Assembly: GCA_015494465.1 (NCBI GenBank)
Contig: WGBD01000001.1
Coordinates: forward strand, 180,477-244,476
DNA: 64,000 nt
Direction: 5' to 3'
Source: Candidatus Omnitrophota bacterium
GTDB taxonomy: Bacteria > Omnitrophota > Gorgyraeia > S143-82
The notes under the pieces were generated by a model. It saw nothing but the letters and a program-made list of their open reading frames with translations. It had not been told where the DNA came from and ran no database searches. Position numbers and translations under genes: made by a program. Shown piece after piece: positions 58,945-64,000 of the stretch; the stretch's first letter is position 1; each line of letters opens with the position of its first letter.

Positions 58945-60852
58945 CTAGTCCTGCCAGGCCCGTCGGAGGAAGAAGAAGACCTTTCGGATCTCTCTCTTAA
59001 ACGGGCTGTCCTTCCCGTCTCCCTGACCGAATAATCCCAACCATTCTTCGTACATGTATCCGTCGATGAAGGGTCCTGCCCATCGGGATTCGGTATTGTG
59101 CACGAACGGCTCGTAGGCCTTCCACCACTCGTCGAGGTACTCAAAGGCAAACCCTCCGATGGCATTTCCCGCGCCATCCCAACCCGCGGAATTGAATAGG
59201 ATGTCCTCCCAACAACCAAGGTAGTACAGGGCCTGCTGTTCCTCTATCTCCTCTCTAGGCATCCCCTTTGCGTAGGCAGGACAACCGTATTCGGTAATCA
59301 TGATGGCCTTGTCCGGAGCAAAGTACCTCGCGGTGTCCCACACATCACCAAATCCACTATTGCCCCGATAGCTATTGAGCCCGTATATGTCCACATCCGG
59401 ACAGTACTTTGCAAACTTATCAAAGAAGAGCATGTCACCGTTGCAGATGGCCACCGGGCGGGAGGGATCCAGCTTCTTTATCATCTTGGCCACCTCGTTG
59501 ACGAACCGATAATAGGCCTCTGGGTTCTCCTTGGCGTTGTTGGCCACGCCGTAATTGTTCTCGTTGCCCAACAACCAAAAGAGCACGAACTCCTCGTCCT
59601 TGAACTCCTCCACCATACTCCTAACGCTATCCATCATGTTCTTGCGGTGTTTCGGATTGGTATAGTCCGTCCCCTCCGCCCAGCTGGCCCCACTACCGAT
59701 GGTATACATCCCAAGGAAGTCTCCCATAACCACCCGGATGCCAAATCGCTTGTACAGATCCCTCAACAAGACCTTGTTCACCTTGCCAGGATGGTGATAC
59801 ACCCTAATGGTATTGACTCCCATTGCCTTCATTATGGAGAAATCACCTACCGATCCCTCGTCTGGGTCCCTCTTGTCGTTGCCATTCCAGTCTATCCAGG
59901 CATCGTAAGGTCCATCTATGAGCCCGTTGTTGTCGTAATCGTAATACATCCAATTCTTGAGCGTCCCCTCGTCCGGGCTCTGTCCCACCTTGGTAGGCGC
60001 ATAGGTGATTCCCTTGATGATGTACGGCTTTCCGTTTACCAACAACTGCCAGTGCCCGTTCTCGTACTGGACCAGCTCGCAGTTCTTCCCTCCCTTTCTC
60101 TTCACCACCCTCTTGCCCCGCAGGTCTACCCGCTTGGGGAAGACCTCCTCTTCCTCCTCTACCCTAACGATCCGACCGGGAGTTACGATAGCCTTATCGT
60201 TAAGGATGTCGTTGTCCATGCCGTTTTCTATGATTATGCTAGCCCCCTCCAGCTTCATCCTTAGGCCGGGATACCTGCGGAGTAGAAACTTGATCCTATA
60301 CAATGAAGCGGGACCCACATACCAAGGGGTATGCCAATAGGTCCAGCCGTAGGTAGCGGGAAAGTGGACCACTATGGCGTAATAGGCCTTGACCGCGTGT
60401 TTCAGGAGACCGGCCCGCTCCAGGATCTGGGCTATGTAGAACTGCCTCACCCCTGGGGATTCAGGTGCACTGCACCACTTGAAGAAGTTGGCCAGGGGAT
60501 CCGGCCCGTAAAGGAAGTTCCAGTGGGAGCCTCGCAACAATCCTTTCTCCCGATATTCCTTGTACTTTGGATCCCAACGGAAACTGGTCGTGTTCGGGTA
60601 GATGCCCTCACCGACCGCCTTAGCAAGGCCCTCTTGATCCTCTATAACATACCTGTACTTATCCGTCCCCACATTCTCAAAGTAACCGTACTTTTCGTAA
60701 TCGACGATGTCCTCGGATCCGTAATCGTAAAGGCTGAACTTAGGGGTGGGCAGGGGCATGGTATAAGGCAGGAATCCTTTCCTCTTCGCACATCCATTGA
60801 GGAGGAAGAGAGAGAGGAACCCCAAAAATACCAACAGGGCCTTACTTCTCAC
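58945..60852 (-). CDS. clan GH-A glycoside hydrolase lipoprotein (GH2/GH5-like), paralogous to 56405..57691
   Basis: Lipoprotein signal (LLNGC). Motifs LFWLLGNENNYG (acid/base) and IMITEYGCPAY (nucleophile, cf. GUS ITEYG). Confidence 0.5.
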   Translation of the reverse strand: MRSKALLVFLGFLSLFLLNGCAKRKGFLPYTMPLPTPKFSLYDYGSEDIVDYEKYGYFENVGTDKYRYVIEDQEGLAKAVGEGIYPNTTSFRWDPKYKEYREKGLLRGSHWNFLYGPDPLANFFKWCSAPESPGVRQFYIAQILERAGLLKHAVKAYYAIVVHFPATYGWTYWHTPWYVGPASLYRIKFLLRRYPGLRMKLEGASIIIENGMDNDILNDKAIVTPGRIVRVEEEEEVFPKRVDLRGKRVVKRKGGKNCELVQYENGHWQLLVNGKPYIIKGITYAPTKVGQSPDEGTLKNWMYYDYDNNGLIDGPYDAWIDWNGNDKRDPDEGSVGDFSIMKAMGVNTIRVYHHPGKVNKVLLRDLYKRFGIRVVMGDFLGMYTIGSGASWAEGTDYTNPKHRKNMMDSVRSMVEEFKDEEFVLFWLLGNENNYGVANNAKENPEAYYRFVNEVAKMIKKLDPSRPVAICNGDMLFFDKFAKYCPDVDIYGLNSYRGNSGFGDVWDTARYFAPDKAIMITEYGCPAYAKGMPREEIEEQQALYYLGCWEDILFNSAGWDGAGNAIGGFAFEYLDEWWKAYEPFVHNTESRWAGPFIDGYMYEEWLGLFGQGDGKDSPFKREIRKVFFFLRRAWQD

Positions 60853-61420
60853 AGCTCTGCTCCAGTTTTTCTATCTTGCCCTTGGCCTCTTCTGCGACCT
60901 TCCAATACCAACCTCTAGGATCCCAGTTCTGGGCCAGAGGGAACTCCTTGATCGCCCTGCGGTAGTACTCTATGGCCTTCTGGCAATCGCCCTTTTTCTC
61001 GTAGGCCTCTGCGACGATGTAAAGAGCAGCCCCACAGGCATTTAGTTCGGGATAGTCCTTTTCCTTCCCCGTCTGAGGGAACTTTCCCCCCAGAGACCTC
61101 TGCTCCTCCTGGGCCTTGGCGTAGAACCTGGTCAGGATGGTATTGCTTATCTCTATAGCGGTATCCAAGGCCCCAGCCCCCAGGGCGGACCAGGCCTCGT
61201 TGACCAGCTTATCCGCAGGCAGGCTCTGGAGGGCCTCTTGAGCGATCTCGTACTTTGCCTCCCTCTTGACCTCGTCTTGATGGATCAACTCTTTAGGATC
61301 GAACTGCGGGGCCCCTTTACCCGCAGGGGGAATCTCGATGCGGGCAAACATGTCTTCCTTCCCCCTGCATCCAGAGAGCAAAACGACCCCTAATATGAGG
61401 AACACCCCGAGATAGCGCAT
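60842..61420 (-). CDS. TPR-like lipoprotein
   Basis: Lipobox LLSGC, and helical repeats with an AEAYEKKGDCQKAIEYYRRAIK TPR-like consensus. Confidence 0.45.
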   Translation of the reverse strand: MRYLGVFLILGVVLLSGCRGKEDMFARIEIPPAGKGAPQFDPKELIHQDEVKREAKYEIAQEALQSLPADKLVNEAWSALGAGALDTAIEISNTILTRFYAKAQEEQRSLGGKFPQTGKEKDYPELNACGAALYIVAEAYEKKGDCQKAIEYYRRAIKEFPLAQNWDPRGWYWKVAEEAKGKIEKLEQSCEK

Positions 61421-61422
61421 GT

Positions 61423-62277
61423 TTAGATCCCGGTTAAGGCACCCTCGGTTACCCCTTTGATTATATGCCTTTGCATGAGAATGTAAACCAAAATAACTGG
61501 GATTACGGTGATGGTGGTTGCTGCCATGAGGAGGGCATAATCCGCTGAGTGGGGGCCCCTAAACACCATCAAGCCTCTCATCAACGGCATCTTCGCCTTG
61601 TCCTGGAGGATCAACATAGCCAACAGATATTCGTTCCACACATTCAAGGTGTTAAAGATTATCACCACCGCTAAGGCCGGTCTGGCCAGAGGCAGGGCCA
61701 CATGCCACCATATCCCCAGACGGGAACAGCCGTCTATCCTCGCAGCGTCCTCCAGATCGCGCGGAAGCTTATCGAAAAAGGTCTTTAAGAGGAATATGCC
61801 AAAGGGAAGTCCTGCATTTATCAAAGGCAGTATGTATCCCAGCCGAGTATTTATAAGCCCGAGCTTGTCTATCAGGACATACAAGGCGATAAAGGCCCCA
61901 GGGACCGGTATCATCATGCTGGCTATCAGGAGGGTGTAGAAAAACCTCCGGTAGGGGAACTCCAACCTGGCAAAGGCATAGGCAGCAAGGGATGAAAAAA
62001 GGACCACGAAAAACACTACTACTACGGTATAGAACACACTATTAAAGAAATACATCCCAAAATGGCCTTTGGTCCAAGCGATGTAAAAATTCTCCCAGTG
62101 GGGATGAGGAGGGATCGCACCCAGACCTATAAACGCGGTCTCGTCCGTCTTCAAGCCGGTTATAAACATCCACCACAAGGGATAAAGACAGAGTATGGCA
62201 ACGAAGGTAAGCACGAAATAGGTGAAGGTATAATCCAAAAAGCGCTGGGCCCTGTAATACAGGCTCGTCCAGGTCAT
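61423..62277 (-). CDS. carbohydrate ABC transporter permease (MalG-like)
   Basis: Six TM segments and the EAA loop DLEDAARIDGCSRLGIWWHVALPLARPAL. Confidence 0.8.
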   Translation of the reverse strand: MTWTSLYYRAQRFLDYTFTYFVLTFVAILCLYPLWWMFITGLKTDETAFIGLGAIPPHPHWENFYIAWTKGHFGMYFFNSVFYTVVVVFFVVLFSSLAAYAFARLEFPYRRFFYTLLIASMMIPVPGAFIALYVLIDKLGLINTRLGYILPLINAGLPFGIFLLKTFFDKLPRDLEDAARIDGCSRLGIWWHVALPLARPALAVVIIFNTLNVWNEYLLAMLILQDKAKMPLMRGLMVFRGPHSADYALLMAATTITVIPVILVYILMQRHIIKGVTEGALTGI

Positions 62278-62289
62278 AGTTGTGCCCTT

Positions 62290-63261
62290 TTAATCCTGCC
62301 TCAACTTCCGAGAAACCATAAACAAAACCCTCGCCGACAACAACAGGATAATACCAAAGACTACACCTTCCGCCGCTGCATAACCGAACCTGCGTCGGCC
62401 CATCCACGACAGTATCTGGGTTACCGGTACCTCTGTGTGTCCGGTTGGCCCCCCGTTGGTAGTGGCTGCGATAATGTCGTATATCTGCATCGTCCCCAGA
62501 ATGGTCAATATGGCGACCAACACAAAGACCGGTATCATCATGGGTACGGTGATGTAGATAAACCTCTGCCAGGCATTTGCCCCGTCCACCTTCGCCGCCT
62601 CGTAAATCTGCTGAGGAATGTTCTGCAAGCCTGCCAGCAAGATAACGAACCCCCATCCGAAGCCCTTCCACATGTGAACGAAGGCAACCGCGTTAAGAGC
62701 GGTCTTGGGATCACCCAACCACGGACGCGTCCAGGATTCCAAACCCAACTTTACCAGTATCGTATTCAGCACTCCATCGGGATAACTGTAGATCAGACTC
62801 CACACCAGACCTATCACTATCCCAGAAAGGACCGGTGGTATGTAGAAGATTACCCTGTACACATGCCCACCCCTTATGTCCCTAGCGCACATCAGGGCGA
62901 GAATAAGAGCCACTCCGTTTTGGAGGGTAAGCGCTAGAAAGGTGATCCATCCCGCGTGAAGCATGGAGATCCACCACATCTTATCCGAGGTGAAAATCTC
63001 CCAGAAATTGCGAAACCCTACGAAGGTCATAGGCAGGCCCTTTAAGCCTTCCCACTCCATCAGGGAAAGTTGGAATACCTTGTAGAAGGGATAGACCCCA
63101 AAGACCAAAAAAAGCAACAACGCAGGCAGAATGAACAGGAAGTTCCAAAGAGATGACATAGAGACCTTTTCCCTATAGACGAAAGGTAAAGGGAGGAAGA
63201 TAGCCAACCTCCCAACTTTGAGTATGGCCTGTTTCTTAAAGCCTATCCCGGGAATCCACAT
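62290..63261 (-). CDS. carbohydrate ABC transporter permease (MalF-like)
   Basis: EAA loop YEAAKVDGANAWQRFIYITVPMMIP and multiple TM helices. Confidence 0.8.
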   Translation of the reverse strand: MWIPGIGFKKQAILKVGRLAIFLPLPFVYREKVSMSSLWNFLFILPALLLFLVFGVYPFYKVFQLSLMEWEGLKGLPMTFVGFRNFWEIFTSDKMWWISMLHAGWITFLALTLQNGVALILALMCARDIRGGHVYRVIFYIPPVLSGIVIGLVWSLIYSYPDGVLNTILVKLGLESWTRPWLGDPKTALNAVAFVHMWKGFGWGFVILLAGLQNIPQQIYEAAKVDGANAWQRFIYITVPMMIPVFVLVAILTILGTMQIYDIIAATTNGGPTGHTEVPVTQILSWMGRRRFGYAAAEGVVFGIILLLSARVLFMVSRKLRQD

Positions 63262-64000
63262 TATCTTCTAGCGCGTTTCTTCAGTTGCTTGTCCTTTACC
63301 CTCTGCACTTCCTCCGCAACATCTTTAGGGGTCTTTTCTCCAACGATTATGCCCTGAATCCCCCGACAGAAGGTATCCACGACCAAGGGGTCCTCTTGAA
63401 CGGGAAAGTTCCTAGGGTGATACATAAAGTTCATGGCCTTCAAAAATCCCCTCACCTCAGGTGCAAGGAACTCCTCACAGCCCTTTACTGCCGGCAAGGA
63501 ATTAGCGTCTCTGACGAACCTTACTTGCTGGTCCTTCTCCGTAAGCCACTTCAGGAACTCTATCGCCTTTTCCGCTCGGGGGGACTTACCGTTAACCACG
63601 AAGAAGGTTCCTGCTCCTCCCCAGACGCCCACAGGATTGGCGTCTGAGATCTTGGGAGGCAACATCGTCCCGAAATGGAGATTGCTATTCATGTGCTTGT
63701 AGACATTTACGCACCAAGAGCCGTTGAAGGCAAAAGCGGTCTTGCCTCTAGCAAAGTCCCTTTCCGCTTCCTTGTTGGACTTGATGACTATCCCAGGTAT
63801 AAACACACCTGCCTTGCGCATCTTATCGAAGACCTCGAAGACCCTGACCCAATCCGGATCGGTGTACTTTACCTCACCCCGGTAGGTAGCGATCATCTTT
63901 TCCTCACCCATGATATTCCAGGCGAAGTTAGACGCCATACACTCCACGAGCCACAACTCCCCAAAACCCGTAACCAGGCCATCTACTCCAACCTTTTCCT
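63261..64000 (-). CDS. sugar ABC transporter substrate-binding protein (5'-truncated by window end)
   Basis: The frame is open to the window edge. The C-terminal region is typical of family 1 extracellular solute-binding proteins. The ATG at 63956 in the ORF track is probably internal. Confidence 0.55.
   Translation of the reverse strand, partial: EKVGVDGLVTGFGELWLVECMASNFAWNIMGEEKMIATYRGEVKYTDPDWVRVFEVFDKMRKAGVFIPGIVIKSNKEAERDFARGKTAFAFNGSWCVNVYKHMNSNLHFGTMLPPKISDANPVGVWGGAGTFFVVNGKSPRAEKAIEFLKWLTEKDQQVRFVRDANSLPAVKGCEEFLAPEVRGFLKAMNFMYHPRNFPVQEDPLVVDTFCRGIQGIIVGEKTPKDVAEEVQRVKDKQLKKRARR

Noticed and set aside
63285-63702. Plus-strand ORFs of 120 and 89 aa at the right edge
   Set aside because: They are antisense to the substrate-binding protein gene and have no supporting motifs.
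1-64000. CRISPR arrays, transposases, integrases or phage genes
   Set aside because: I see no direct-repeat/spacer periodicity and no recombinase or transposase motifs in any frame. The tRNA-Glu lies ~8 kb from the accessory locus with housekeeping genes in between, so there is no evidence that the giant/tad locus is a tRNA-integrated island.

Overview
This 64-kb window looks like bacterial chromosome from a Gram-negative-type, probably uncultivated organism. GC is about 54%, canonical AAGGAGG Shine-Dalgarno sites are present, and almost every gene lies on the minus strand. The left 8 kb is ordinary housekeeping: tRNA-Glu, yggT, proC, ribE, ribD, a TrpH-like PHP phosphoesterase, trpS, a NYN-domain protein, and GTP-dependent PEP carboxykinase followed by a clean intrinsic terminator. 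The centre (about 8.2 to 47.3 kb) is a striking accessory locus that reads as one minus-strand operon. It starts with a tandem array of at least 10 Flp-type (class III signal, G/XXXXEY) pilin paralogs, five of them too short or mis-started to appear correctly in the ORF track. These are followed by three TadE/TadG-like pseudopilins, another small pilin-like gene, TadB and TadC. Then, 34 nt further on, comes a single uninterrupted 31,368-nt ORF of 10,455 aa. From the translation I read in this giant protein an N-terminal signal/anchor with a C39/papain-like Cys-His peptidase signature; a complete SecA-like DEAD motor ATPase with Walker A, a DEEAILRTP motif resembling SecA's IDEARTPLIIS, helicase motifs V and VI, and the SecA-specific GSSxxY; degenerate YD/RHS-like repeats; Gly/Arg-rich, Q/N-rich and Lys/Glu-rich low-complexity tracts; and at least 20 predicted transmembrane helices in several clusters. 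No Tad ATPase (CpaF/TadA), secretin, TadZ or prepilin peptidase is present in the window. The right 17 kb carries hldD, a PpiD/SurA-like chaperone, an orphan PilC/GspF platform protein with a coiled-coil partner, and a carbohydrate-utilisation cluster: a ROK regulator, a large outer-membrane protein, two GH2/GH5-like clan GH-A hydrolases, a secreted protein with an internally duplicated CBM-like domain, a TPR lipoprotein and a sugar ABC importer truncated at the window end. Giant genes next to pilus or secretion loci have been reported in Omnitrophota-like candidate phyla. The resemblance here is only suggestive, because I cannot run searches.
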